The notes under the pieces were generated by a model. It had not been told where the DNA came from. It saw only the letters and a program-made list of their open reading frames with translations, and searched no databases. From NCBI GenBank assembly GCA_951406725.2, contig OX597819.1, forward strand, positions 72,602,001 through 72,666,000: a DNA stretch of 64,000 nucleotides. Direction: 5' to 3'. This stretch comes from Octopus vulgaris (taxonomy: Eukaryota). The first letter of the stretch is position 1. Every line of letters starts with the position of its first letter. A program made the position numbers and the translations under genes. Shown here piece by piece: positions 24,406 to 36,820 of this stretch.

Positions 24406-25031
24406 GTTAAAAAAAGATGGGATAAATATATAAATTAATTAAAAACCAGTGAAACAGAGAGATTGTGTTTTCACTGATTTTTATATTCAAACCTTGATGT
24501 TGGCATTGTATTGTGGCCTTGGACAAGACACTTGACTCTATTTGGCGCTCAAGTTGTTTTGTTGGCTGACAAAAATAAATAAACAAAAGTAGCCATGTCT
24601 GTTCCACTTGATAATAAATTTTGGCAGTAAAACACCTCTTGAAGAATGTAATGTCTGAGACTGCAGGCTCTTCCTCTACTGCTGTCTTACCAATCTCAAT
24701 ATAGACAGGAAGACATGATGAAACAGATAATCGTTATGACAACAAGGCAGACAGGGGGAAAAGGAGGAGAAGGGTGCTGTGGTGAGAGGTTTCGTTGGAT
24801 TAGACACAAAGCCACCTTGTATAGTTTTGTCTGCTGGACATTTCATTTAATCCCAGTAAGAAGGAACCATTGACTCCAATTATAGTATCATTGTCATCAT
24901 CATCATCATCAGTAACAAGGATAATAGTTTCTCCATAAATTTTGGTGAAGCATCCAGTAGAACTTACTTTATTGAGCATCCTTCTCCTCTCCCCACCCCT
25001 TTGTGCCTCTGGTAAATGTGATTAAAATAAT

Positions 25032-25230
25032 TATTTCTTTATTACTCACAAGGGGCTAACGTAGAGGGAACAAACAAGGACAGACAAAGGGATTAAGTCA
25101 ATTACATTGACCCCAGTGCATAACTGGTATTTATTTAATTGACCCCAAAAGAATGAAGGGCAAAGTCGACCTTGGTGGAATTTGAACTCAGAGCATAACA
25201 GCAGACGAAATGCCACTAAGCATTTCGCGC
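25032..25230 (-). mobile_element. tRNA-headed SINE family C (5'-truncated)
   Basis: gaagggcaaagtcgaccttggtggaatttgaactcaga; flanking aaaataat at 25024-25031 and 25231-25238. Confidence 0.8.
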
Positions 25231-25480
25231 AAAATAATAGCATAAGTTGATTTGGTAGTTACATAAGATCTATTAACTTAAATATGAACTAATTAAGTGT
25301 GGGGGAGTGGTGGTGGTGAGGAATTGCCCATGAAAAATATTGCTTTATTTGGAAACAGGTGAGGGTTAGTGACAGGAAGGGCATCCAGCCATAGAAAATC
25401 TGCTTCAACAAATTCTGTCTGACCCATGCAAGCACGGAAAAGTGGACATTAAATGATAATGATGACTAACATGATAAGAT

Positions 25481-25718
25481 GGGCGTATGGTGAAATGGTT
25501 AAGAGCATGGGCTACTAACCCCAAGATTCCGAGTTCAATTCCAGGCAGTGACCTGAATAATAATAATAATTAATAATATCGAAAAATACCTTAGGAATGA
25601 GAACCCAGGTTTAAAATTTCTCCAAGACACCTGATGAAGGCTGGAGGGTATATCAGCCAAAACATGTTAACAACAAACAAGATGAGGACAAATATCCGTC
25701 AAATGTAAATAATGTAAA
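25481..25718 (+). mobile_element. Family E: tRNA-headed SINE-like element with hammerhead-like 3' module
   Basis: A-box-like TGGTGAAATGG (25488-98), anticodon-like arm ggg-ctactaa-ccc, B-box-like GAGTTCAATTCC (25531-42), (AAT)n, then body matching 7190-7402. Confidence 0.8.
25626..25668 (+). ncRNA. degenerate minimal type I hammerhead ribozyme motif (Penelope type)
   Basis: gacac-CTGATGA-a-GGCTG-gagggtatat-CAGCC-(G>A)AAAC-atgtt: intact CUGAUGA and stem II, GAAA mutated at a CpG. Confidence 0.55.
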
Positions 25719-26181
25719 TATGAAAAGACTGATGGCATATTCAATATTATTTCAGTGGATTTTAACCCTTTTGTTGCTATGTGCCTGTTGAAATATATTG
25801 TTTTTCCTCTTCCTTGTCATTTAATGTCTCTTTCATGCTTGTATTGGACCTGACAATACAAAGGACTGCATCAAAGCTCTAGTATCTGCTTTGGCATTGT
25901 ATCTATTGTTAGATGCCTTCCAGATGCCAACCAATTTACAGAGGGTACTGGGTGCATTTTTCATGGCTCCCACACCAATGAGGTCACCAAGTAACTCACA
26001 AGACAAGACCCAATACTCCAGGTGGACAGTAGTATTGAGGTGGCTTTATGCCAAGTATAAAGAGGCAAAAGTATGATGGAGCAGAAACCAGTATCTTGCA
26101 ATAAAGGAGATACATGGCTACCCCAGTATTTTATTTTTAATTATGAAAGGAATGAATTTACTGAAATAATTTTGTCTGCAT

Positions 26182-27091
26182 TGACCTTTTTGACATTCAC
26201 ATTTGTCAAAATAATAATGCTTATTTATTCACGTTTTCAATTAATCATACATTATCTCATAGCTTCAAGATTTCAATGATGTCATCATCCTTATCCACAT
26301 CATCGTTTAATATCCACTTTCCATGCTGGTATGGGTTGGACGGTTTGACTGAAAACTGGTAAGCTGGGAGAGTTGCACCAGGCTCCAATCTGTTCTGGCA
26401 AGATAGCTACAGCTGGAGGCCCTTCCTAATGCCAGCCACTCCATGAGTGTAGAGGGTGCATTTTACATGTCACCAGCACTGGCATCACCCACACTCGAAT
26501 GGTGTTTTCTTACGTGCCACCGGCACAGGTGCCAGTCGGGCAGCACTGGCATTGACCACACTCATATGGCACTTTTTACATGTCACTATAACTGGCATCA
26601 GCCACATTCAAATAGTGCTTTTTATGTGTCACTGGCACAGGTGCCAGGCAGGTGGCACTGGCATCGGCCACGACAATGACTTCACTTGACTCAACAGGTC
26701 TTCTCAAGCGTAATGTGATTGTATATTTTATGAACAGCATTGTAGGATAGGTGTAAGAGGTTTGATTAGGTCAGTTTGAACTCAAAACAGATAGAATATT
26801 TAGGCTGGATGTGGCCAGATTAAATGCTAAACGGATAAGCTGGTGTTTGTGATTATGAAATTGCAATGAAAGGCTTTAATTTCGATCACTTTAACATTTT
26901 GGTGTTTGGATTACTCTGTCAAATGGAATGCTTATTTATTCATACTCTAAAAATAAGCATCATTGAAATCTCAAAGGTACGAGAAAATTGAAAGCAGTAA
27001 CATTGTAGGATAGGTGTGAGTGGCAGGATCTGGTTGGTTTGAACATAAAACATGTAGAATATTTTCGTCAGTTTAAATGCTTAGTAGTTAA
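26182..27091. mobile_element. cluster of TTAA-type MITEs; first copy (26182-26838) interrupted by family A (~26282-26710), second copy ~26891-27091
   Basis: shared aatgcttatttattca and cattgtaggataggtgt...gtttgaac..aaaaca..tagaat...ttaaatgct motifs; ends resemble TTAACCCT/AGGGTTAA. Confidence 0.6.
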
Positions 27092-27419
27092 AATAAGAAG
27101 AAAGATGAATAATAGAACCATGTCTTTAGTGGCTTGCTATTCAGAAGGGTTAAAACTGTAAAATTTTACTTTATAACTGGAGGGAAAATTCCTTAAAAGA
27201 ATTGGATTGAAATATTTGTCATTTTTTTTTTTCATGACACAGATACACAGAGGTTGTTCTAAAAATAAGGAAATTCATTTGGTTGTAAACTAGCAGCAGG
27301 CATGTTGTAAGCTTCTTCTGGTTCCTTCAGACATTTCTATTACCTTTCTATGCTTCCAGTTGTGGAAGTGCCAAAACAATCAGTCTGGGTGGGAATAGCT
27401 GCTGAGGTTTTATAAAGAA

Positions 27420-27648
27420 TTTACATACATATATATATATACATACATACATATATATATATATACACACACACATGTATATATATACACACACACACAC
27501 ACATATACATATGTATATGTACACACACACACACACACATATACATATGTATATGTACACACACACACACACACACATATACATATGTATATGTACACAC
27601 ACACACACACATACATACATATATTTATACACACATGCATATATAAAC

Positions 27649-27683
<35 letters not shown>

Positions 27684-27770
27684 CACATACACGTGCATAC
27701 AAGACACTATATATATATATACACACATACACGTGCATACAAGACACCATACATATACACACATACACAC
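27420..27770. repeat. complex CA/TA microsatellite with higher-order ~30-38 bp units
   Basis: (ca)n-tatacatatgtatatgta three times; acacatacacgtgcatacaagacac twice. Confidence 0.9.
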
Positions 27771-28117
27771 AATATTTATTTAAAGGTTGCCATACATATA
27801 TTAAAGTGCTACTAATATTTTCATGTTGAGAGAACTCAAACATATTCTTCAAGTGCAAACCACATATCATAACGAACTAAAGAAATTGAATGATAGAAGG
27901 AACACAAAAAAAAAAAAAAAACTGAGTTGTAGTACTTTTTTTGTTGAATTTTCTATCACAGATCAGTACATCACACACAACATCACCGAAAAGATTGGAA
28001 AATTATACATCTTCAAAACATGTTTATTACAGATGATAGTGACAATAATGATGTGTAAACATGCATGTATCCTTTTATATACATGTATGTTTATCCTCAT
28101 TGTTAGATTTAATTATA

Positions 28118-28492
28118 GGCACAGGCACAGCTGTGTGTTCAGAAGCTTGCTTACCAACCACATGGTTCCAAGTTCAGTCCCACTGCATGGCACCTTAGAC
28201 AAGTGTCTTCCTCTATAGCCTTGGGCCGACCAAAGCCTTGTGAGTGAATTTGGTAGACGGAAACTGAAAGAAGCCTGTCGTGTGTGTATATATATATATA
28301 TATGTTTGTGTCTGTATTTGTCCCCCCACCATTGCTTGACAACCGATGTTGGTCTGTTTGCATCCCCATAAGTTAACGGTTCTGTAAAAGAAACCAATAG
28401 AGTAAGTGCTAGGCTTACAAAGAATGAATCGTGGGGTCTATTTGTTTGATTGAAGGTGGTGCTCCAGCATGGCCACAGACTGAAATAAGTAA
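28118..28492 (+). mobile_element. SINE family B, full length
   Basis: canonical head, core accaaagccttgtgagtgaatttggtagacggaaactgaaagaagcc, tail. Confidence 0.9.
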
Positions 28493-28660
28493 ATCAAGAT
28501 ATATGCATGTGTGGGTGGTCATTGGCATCATCATTTAACATCTGCTTCCCATGCTGGTATGGGTTGGTTGGTGTGACTGAAAACTGGGGATCTGCACCAG
28601 GTTCCAATCTGATTTGGCAAGGTTTCTAATGCTGAATGCCCTTTCTAACAGATACATATA

Positions 28661-29710
28661 CTGGGTGCTAGAGATATTTGAAGATATATTGGTAATTTAA
28701 TAAAACAAGTCCAATGTAACAATGTAATGTTTGTATTTTAATAAGAATTTGTGAAAATGTTCTCAATAAGATTACTCTATGGATCTGCCTTCAGCTTTGA
28801 TGACTGCTTCAATACATTGAATGCTTCCTGCATTAAATGGTCCATATTCATTTTAGATATTATCTTGATAACAGTGGTCTTCAGTGAAGCTATTGTGAAA
28901 CTGTCCATTGGTCTCTCATTTAAGAATGCTCCGAATGGAGTATCCACAAGTTTGGTGTCACATGATTCTAAAGATTGCCTGACATCCATTCTTGGTTACA
29001 TGGGCTTTGTGAAACAGTGCTGAGTTTTGTTGAAACACGTACGGCCTTCCACTCTCTCCTTCATCCATCCAGGGCTTCACAACTGTCTCTAGTATGTTTA
29101 TGTGTTAACAGCATTGGTTGTCAGATCTTGTGGAAAGACGTGAGGTGGCATGACATGACCTTCATTACCACTCCAGAAACCATCATGTTTGCTGGAATCT
29201 TAGTGTGCATCACCCTGGGAACATCACAAGTTATCTGCACATAATCATGTCATTTTTTCCTGTTAGACTTTTGGTTTTAATCAAAGTTTTTCTCATCATG
29301 TCGTAGTCATGAAGGTTTTTAACCTCATTAAGTAGCCACTTGGCATGGATCAAACAGTTTTCCTGTATTTTTGCAGATGTAAATTGGCCTTTCCTTGATA
29401 TGACTTCTATCAAATGTCCTCTTGCACCAGTTCTCATAGTCTACTCTGATATCTGAAAGTCTTATTTGATTGTCTCTGTTCATCATCAATAATGTTTTAA
29501 CCTGTTGGATGAACTTAACATCCTTATAGTATCCAAACATTTAGAAAGTTTTTTTTCTTTTCTCTCTCTCTCTCTTTAATAGAGTTGAAACAATCTTGTT
29601 GTAGGCTTTCTCTTCCAATTCCATTTGAGCTTGGTGTACAAAAGATCTTGCAACATTTGGAAAGTTGGCAACAGTCACTGCATGCCTTTTCATTTCTTGT
29701 TATCACTTTA
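28661..29710 (-). pseudogene. decayed mariner-like (maT/DD37D-type) transposase element
   Basis: minus-strand fragments DEKNFD, VPRVMHTKIPANMMVSGVV, NEGHVMPPHVFPQ, ETVVKPWM, GRPYVFQQNSA, NHVTPNLW with stops and frameshifts; TA|CTGGGTG terminus at 28661. Confidence 0.8.
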
Positions 29711-30971
29711 TCTACCATGGAGAAGTCTGAAATAATTAAAAGAAAGAAATTTTAATTGGTCTGAAGAGAGTAATATACTGAAATGTTCACAAATATCCCT
29801 AACATACGCTATGTGTATATCTAGCATATATAAATTGCAGTATATAATGACTAACGCATACATTTTCACAGTTCTCAACTGATTTTCACCAAACTTTACA
29901 CTCACGTTACTTATGTCCCAAGGATGGTCATGCACTAAATATTTTGCCCAGAGTTCCCACGTAAATGGACCTTAAAGGGACATAGTTTTTTTGTATGTAG
30001 GGTCTTTTTTAATCTTTTTATAAAAGTGAAAGGATTTTGTCTATTTATTTCGACTGTCCACCTGCCACAGTGATTAAATTGACTAGGAACACTGTACTCG
30101 ATGAATATCCAATACCAAACAATCTTAATCTCCATATTTAAACTGCATTAAACTTTGGCAAGCTTGCCTTTTCCTATTCTGAGTTACTTGAAAGGTGATG
30201 TTCCCTTCCATCTCTTCCATTTGTTGATACCTTTGTTTACCTACCAATGCAGTGTTTCACTTTAAGGATGCTTATTTACCAATTCCTTATGATATTTCGA
30301 CTGTTGTCCATTGTTTCAAATACATTTTAGCATTGTTGTTCTAGCCTTTTTTTAAACAATCACATATGATTTGTCCCAAAGAATCCACCTTTGAATAAGA
30401 GTTTTGCTACCACTAGTGAAAGTTATACGTATCTTTCAGAAAGCTCCATACCAATTTAACTTTAAGCAGCATTCACTGTTAGTTTATGTGCAGGTTATAT
30501 GGGAAGACAGAACAAAGGGGCTTTTGTTATCTTATCTCTCCAAAAAAATAGCTCCCTTTGTTGTTGAATAAAATAAACTCACAGAGGAGAAGTTTCAATG
30601 TCTTCCTTCTATTTCCTTACACCACTTAAGTGGCTGTTTCTTACAAGAAATTTTGCTTTCATGTAAAACAACAATATTTTGTAATCATTATTCATAATCT
30701 ACTCCCAAAACACTTCAGTAGCTCTACTTTTCTTCGCTTGCAAACTTATATGTTCTATAATCATTAAAGTGCAACAACCTCCACAATAACCAGCCTTCAA
30801 TTTGATTTTCCGTTCCTAGGTTAATCAGAAACATAGATTGCCGTGCTACTCATAAACCTTCTTGGTAGAAGTTCAATTATTTGATGAAAAAATACCACCA
30901 AAGCAACTTAAATCATCTAAAGGATGTGGGTGCATTTGCTAGTGTGCGTATATATATATATATATATATAT

Positions 30972-31828
30972 ATCATCATCATCATCATTTAACGTTTGTT
31001 GTCCATGCTGGCATGGGTTGGATGGTTTCACCAGGGCTGGCAAGCTGAAAGGCTGCACCAGACTCCAATCTGATTTGGTATGGTTTTCTCTGGCTGGATG
31101 CCCTTCCCAACGCCAACCACTCTGAGAGTGAAATAGGTGCCATTTGTGCGACACCAGTCTCTGCCATGACTGCAGTTTTGCTTGATAGGTTGTCTTCTGA
31201 AACACAACATAATACCAAAGGTCTATCTAACTAATATATATATACATACATATACATGCACACACACACACATGAATTGTAGATGACACCACCCAAGGTG
31301 CCATTCAGTGGGACTGAAATCAAGATGTGTATTTCCTTTGCGATCACACACCTGTTTTTGTCTTCATTTCGATCTTTCTCTCTCCAGCTGAGTAACTTTG
31401 TACTTCCTCTACAGCAAGACACTTGTATTTGTCTCACTATAACCTTTTCATTATCTAACACAAGATCACCTCCTCCCCTCTTGAAAGGGTTTTTTTTTTT
31501 TTGTCTTGCAAGTACTTGGTGACCCTGTGAGTGCAGGTGCCACTTAAAAGCATCCAATTCACACTGTAAAGTGGTTGGTGTTCAGAAGGGCATCCAGCTA
31601 TAAAAACCTAGCCAAAACTGAGCTCGCCTGTGCTTGTGTCATGTAAAAAGCACTGAGTCCCCTCCGCTGAGTGGTTGGTGTTAGGAAGGGCATCCAGTTG
31701 TAAGAATCCTGCCAAAACAGTCACAGAAGTCTGGTGCAGGCTTCTGCCTGGCTGGCTCTTGTGAAACTGTCCCACTCATGCTAGCATGGAAGGTGGACAT
31801 TAAAACTATGATGACAATGATGATGATG
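30972..31828. mobile_element. two oppositely oriented family A copies (30972-31230 minus; ~31330-31828 plus)
   Basis: (CAT)n at the left end, (GAT)n at the right end, shared body. Confidence 0.8.
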
Positions 31829-32279
31829 TGTGTGTGTTATCTTTAAAAGATTCAGCTACATTCAAAAGTTGAGAAACAGCTGATACCACAAACAGTAGTC
31901 CTGCCTTAAATATTTTTTAATGAATCTAATATTACTGCTAAAATTCTTAAAGTATTTTTTAGTAAAATCAGTATTGTTATAATTATCGACCCTGAAAGGG
32001 ATCGATCACTTAAGTACTAGTTGTGCTTTGAGGGTCAGTGTTATCAACTAGCCCTCTTTGCCAAACTGGATTAGAAAAGATTATAAAGCAGAAACCTAGC
32101 AGAATTGTTAGCAGCATTTCGTCTGTCTTTACATTCTGAGTTCAAATTTCACTTAAGTTGACTTTATCTCGCATCCTTTCATGGTCAACAAACTAATTGC
32201 AAGCTTAAAGCTGAAGGTCACTGTATATTTCAGGCTTTGCACCTATAGTAGAAAGAAATATAAAAATATACCATGAAGA

Positions 32280-33165
32280 CAGGTACAGGCATGACTGTGT
32301 GGTAAGAAACTACTGGTGCAAGTGTGGCTGCGTGGTAAGAAGCTTGCTTCCCAACCACATGGTTTCAGGTTCAGCCCCGCTGTGTGGAACCTTCGGCAAG
32401 TGTCTTCTACTATAGTATACTTGTGAGTGGATTTGGTAGATGGAAACTGAAAGAAGCCCATCGTGTGTATATATATATTCGCTGACCTGGCCAATGACAG
32501 TACTGCCTGATTGGCACCAGTGCCAGAGGAACATTAAAAGCACCACCCTAGCGTGATCGTTGCCAGGGCCACTGACTGACTCCCATGTCAGTGGCACATA
32601 AAAAGTACCATTCAAGCGTGATTGTTGCCAGCGTCACCTTACTGGTATGTGATAAACAACATTCAAGCTTGGTCGTTGCCAGTGCCGCCAGACTGGCTCC
32701 TGTGCAGGTGGCACTTAAAAAATACCATTTAAGCGTGGTTGATGCCAGGCCTGCCTGACTGGCCCTCGTGCAGGTGGCACACAAAAGCACCCACTACACT
32801 CTCAGAGTGGTTGGCGTTAGGAAGGGCATCTAGTTGTAGAAACCCAGATCAGATGAGAGCCTGGTGCAGCCTTCTGGCTCGCCAGTCCTCAGTCAAATCG
32901 TTCGACCCATGCCAGCATGGAAAGTGGACATTAAATGATGACGACAATGATGATATATGTGTATATATTTGTGTGTCTGTGTTTTTCCCTCTGCCCCTGC
33001 TTGACAACCAATGTCAGTGAATTTGCATCCCCGTAACTTAGCAGTTCGGCAAAAGAGTGTGATAGAATAAGTACTAGGCTTACATAGACTAAGTACTGAG
33101 GTCGATTTGTTCAATGAAAGGCAGTGCTCCAGCATGGCTACAGTCAAATGACTGAAACAAGTAAA
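32280..33165 (+). mobile_element. SINE family B with nested family A (~32485-32952)
   Basis: B head (5' end duplicated) 32280-32470, family A with (GAT)n, B tail 32960-33165. Confidence 0.8.
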
Positions 33166-34491
33166 AGAAGAAAAAAATACAGTGGGAGTTTTTGCCAAAA
33201 TACTTTATTGTACTCACTTTCAGCAAATCATCTAAAAAAAAAAAAAGAAATTGTTTATGCAACATTTTACTAATTCATCCAAACGTATAACATGGCACTG
33301 TGCCATATGATTCCCCAGTATCAAAGATAAAGTTATATACCATTATACTACACATTATATTATGTGCTGGTGCCACATAAAATGCACCAAATCCACTCTT
33401 TAAAGTGGTTGGTGTTAGGAAGGACATCCAGCTGTAGAAACCATTTCAAAGCAGAGTGGTAAAGCCTGTGGATCCTGGCTTTACCAGCTCCTGTAAAACT
33501 GTCCAACCCATGCCAGCATGGAAAACGGATGATAAATGATGAGTATTAAACATAACAGTAAACTAAAAGATATAGATGCACAGGTATGGCTGTGAAGTTT
33601 GCTTTCCAACCATGTAGTTTGGGGTTCAGTCCCACTGCATGGCACCTTGAATAAATGACTTCTATTATAGCTCCCCCCCCCTCTCCCCTGAAAGTTTACA
33701 AAAGCATTGTGAGGAGATTCAGTAGAAGGAAACTGAAAGAAGCTAATTGTATATGTTTTTGTGTGTGTAAAAGGGACATCATGTCAGCCTCATACTAGAA
33801 GTATCCTTCGTTTTCAATCTTCCGTTAAAAAGCATGTCTGGTCATGAGGAAATATTTTGCTCAGAAAGAAGAAAGGGTTAGACACAGCAATTCCTGCCCG
33901 ACCCATGCATGCAAGGGAAAGTGGATGTTAAAACGATGATGATGATACATACGTGTGTGGGTGTTTTACTGTCTCCTTGTCTTGACATCATGTGATTGTT
34001 GTAAACGAGCATCACTGTCATACAAGCAGTGTCTTTTGTTTCTAGCCTTCCTTTAGATCCTGTCTGGCCATGGAGAAATCTGACCTTACCTAAGAACCTT
34101 TGCAAGAGCAGAAAAGTGGATGTGAAAAGGGTGAGGATAATGATGAAAAGAATGATGATGCTGTGTGTGTGTGTGTGAGAGACCATCATTTAACATCTGT
34201 TTTCCATGCTAGCATGGGTTGGATGGTTTGATAGAAGCTGGCAAGGCCTGGAGCTGCACCAGGTTCCATATTCTCCTTTGACATGGTAGCTACAGTTGGA
34301 TGCCCTTCTTAATGCCAACCACTTTACAGAGTGAACTGGGTGCTTTTTATATGGCATCCGTACCAAATATATATATATATATACCATCTGATTCATGTCA
34401 TCATGCAACAAGGATATTAAATGGTGATATTGATGATATATAATAATAATATTTATAATGTAATTAATTTTCCTATTTTGTTTCATTGCAG

Positions 34492-35436
34492 GAAAGACGT
34501 CTGTGTGCTCATCCGATCCTAGAAGTTTATGATGACTGCAACATTCACTTCATTGCTCCTTTAGCCAAACAGAATGAGTTCTACGTTGCAGAAGCTCAGT
34601 CAACTTCTGATGAGCAGGGTTCCGACGGTGAAGAAAGCATCTCTGCCACTGAAACTTCCAAAAGTCATTCCAATGATTCAACAAGTGAACTCTCTCATCG
34701 GAGCGTGTCGACTTTGTCTAATGTCGCCAGTGATGGTTCGACAAATACCACAGCAACTGCAGAGTTTAACGAGGAACCTGCAAGAGAAATAACTGAGTCT
34801 TCGAAATCCGAGAGCAGAGAAAAATCCCTAACTCCAGCCGAGGACATAACACCCTTTTTTTCCAAACCGCAACTTTCACCTGGTTCAGTTGACGATGACC
34901 AAGAATGGGAGAATCTTGAAAACTTTAAAACACAAGAAGAGGAAGATGAACATGTAGGCCCACCATCCAGTATTCAAGAAACAACTCATTCCCCTTTTGA
35001 TCTTCCTTCACAAATTGCATCATTAGCTGGAGATATGGACAACTCCTCCCCAGAAATAGAGAACGCTGCCCCTGTGGTCATAGAGGCCACCATGCAGGAG
35101 AGCATTAGTTCACGTCTCGAAGAGTCTGGATTCAGTGAGTCGTTGTTATCGACACTTCAAGACTCTGGACTTGGTTCCGAGGAGACAAGTACTCCTCACC
35201 ACGCTCACAACCTTGCCGCTTCTGCCAACACAGGTTTCACTGCCGCTGCCGCAAATGAAAGTTCTATATCATCCGAGCAACCCGAACGGCCACAGCAGCT
35301 GCAACCAACAGAAGCACAGCAGCAGCAGCAACAACCACCACAGCTTGTTGAAATAGAAAGTGACACTGCTTCGGAACATAGCAACAGTTCATCGAGTTAT
35401 GAAGAAGTGAAGCTTACCGAAATTACTGATGCTTGA
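34492..35436 (+). CDS. TEX264: TEX264 terminal coding exon (end of GyrI-like domain, long acidic S/T/E disordered region, C-terminal LIR)
   Basis: tttcattgcag| then ERRLCAHPILEVYDDCNIHFIAPLAKQNEFYVAE (cf. human ERKLCAYPRLEIYQEDQIHFMCPLARQGDFYVPE, recalled); ends SEHSNSSSSYEEV (cf. SEHSYSESGASGSSFEEL); 945-nt open frame to TGA. Confidence 0.95.
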   Translation, partial: ERRLCAHPILEVYDDCNIHFIAPLAKQNEFYVAEAQSTSDEQGSDGEESISATETSKSHSNDSTSELSHRSVSTLSNVASDGSTNTTATAEFNEEPAREITESSKSESREKSLTPAEDITPFFSKPQLSPGSVDDDQEWENLENFKTQEEEDEHVGPPSSIQETTHSPFDLPSQIASLAGDMDNSSPEIENAAPVVIEATMQESISSRLEESGFSESLLSTLQDSGLGSEETSTPHHAHNLAASANTGFTAAAANESSISSEQPERPQQLQPTEAQQQQQQPPQLVEIESDTASEHSNSSSSYEEVKLTEITDA

Positions 35437-36013
35437 GCACCAAAATGACACTGGTCGAATTTTCTTCTCTCTCTCTCTCTCACCTTTTAAAAAAGAAAAT
35501 AAATATAAACAAAGATGAACAAAAAAAATGCATAAAATAAACAGAACTAATTGTGTAACAAGGAGCCAGAATTCTTAATTGTTTTGTTGGCTGTCTTTGA
35601 CATTTCCCTACCCCCATCTCTCTCTCTCTCTCTCTCTCCTACACATCTCCTTCAAACTAACAATACTTAAAACTTGGTTTTCATTTGGAGAAAGAACCAA
35701 TTGTTTGTTTATTTCTTGTTGTTTTTGTTGTTTTTATTGTTTTTTTGTTGTTGTTTGTTTTTATAATTTTACATCTGTATAGGTGTAAAATGTGAAGTAC
35801 ATGCACTGTGTGTGTGTGTGTGTGTGTGAAAACACATCCCCCCTTCTCCCCTCCACCAAAAAAAAAATAATAAAGAATATTTACGATCAGTGCAATTTCT
35901 TAATGGATTTATATAACAATACATGTGATAAGGCAGTACTACTAATGATGATGATAATAATCTCTACATGTGATAAGGGAATAAACATAAGTGTTCATAC
36001 TGACTAAAATAAA
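35437..36013 (+). other. TEX264: TEX264 proximal 3' UTR with candidate poly(A) signals
   Basis: AATAAA at 35498, 35536 and 36008; the real 3' end cannot be determined from sequence alone. Confidence 0.45.
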
Positions 36014-36489
36014 TATATCAGTACATGTACGAAAATAGTATATGCAGTAAATAATACATTAGTACATGTACTAACAAGACAATATTAGAATTACTACCGG
36101 GGGGAGGGGGGTGACACCAGAACATGGAATAAGCAAGTTTGTTGCAAGTGCCTCGGATTTTTCATATTGGTTATTAGCAGTATCACCAAATTACTGTACT
36201 AAGTCTGTGTGTGTGTGTGTAGAATGATGCCTTTATGCAGGCATGTGTGTGTGCATATGTATGAGAGTGTATGTATATATATATATATGTGTGTGTGTTT
36301 ATGGGAATGTGTGTTTAGAATATAATCAATGGTAAGTTTTTAGAAATGTCTTTTTGTTTTGGAAAGATTTTCTTTTAGCTTAGATCCATCTGACTTCTTT
36401 GTGTTTCTCCCCCTCCACTTCTCTTGATCTCTCATTTTCTTTCCCCATCCCTGCCCCCACTAAGTCTCATTGTCTCTCTCTTTATCAAT

Positions 36490-36820
36490 GTTCTCAGTAC
36501 TTATTCTATCATTCTCTTTTGCTGAACTGTTAAGTTATGGGAACATAAACACTCCAACACTGGTTGTCAAATGGTGGCAGTAGTGAGACAGACACGCAAT
36601 GACATATATTAAAGTCCAACCCATGCATGCTTGGAAGGTGGACATTAAATGATATATATATACACACACACACACACGATAGGCTTCTTTCAGTTTCCAT
36701 TTACCAAATCCACTCACAAGCTTTGCTCAGTCATAGGCTATAATAGAAGACACTTGCTCAAGGTGCCATGCTGTGGAACTGAACCTCGAACCATGTGATT
36801 GGGAAGCAAACTTCTTACCA
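36490..36820 (-). mobile_element. SINE family B with short family A insert
   Basis: B core and head in reverse; ccaacccatgcatgcttggaaggtggacattaaatgat at ~36616-36652. Confidence 0.75.

Larger units (their letters stand above)
19845..34491 (+). other. TEX264: TEX264 intron, 14,647 bp, GT-AG, repeat-filled
   Basis: GT at 19845, AG at 34490-34491; the spliced junction YLK|ERRLC continues the homology without a gap. Confidence 0.88.

Noticed and set aside
25481-25552. Possible functional tRNA gene (ACT anticodon)
   Set aside because: No acceptor stem or T-run terminator; continues into a repeated element body, so it is a SINE head. The same applies to the heads of families B, C and D.
27348-27870. 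Multiple YI/CV/HT-repeat ORFs (also at 1489, 12769, 40540, 44979, 46320)
   Set aside because: Dinucleotide microsatellite translations.
30700-30935. Faint minus-strand similarity to a Chapaev/CMC-type transposase C-terminus (FHQ..., AGYC)
   Set aside because: Too degenerate to call without an HMM search.
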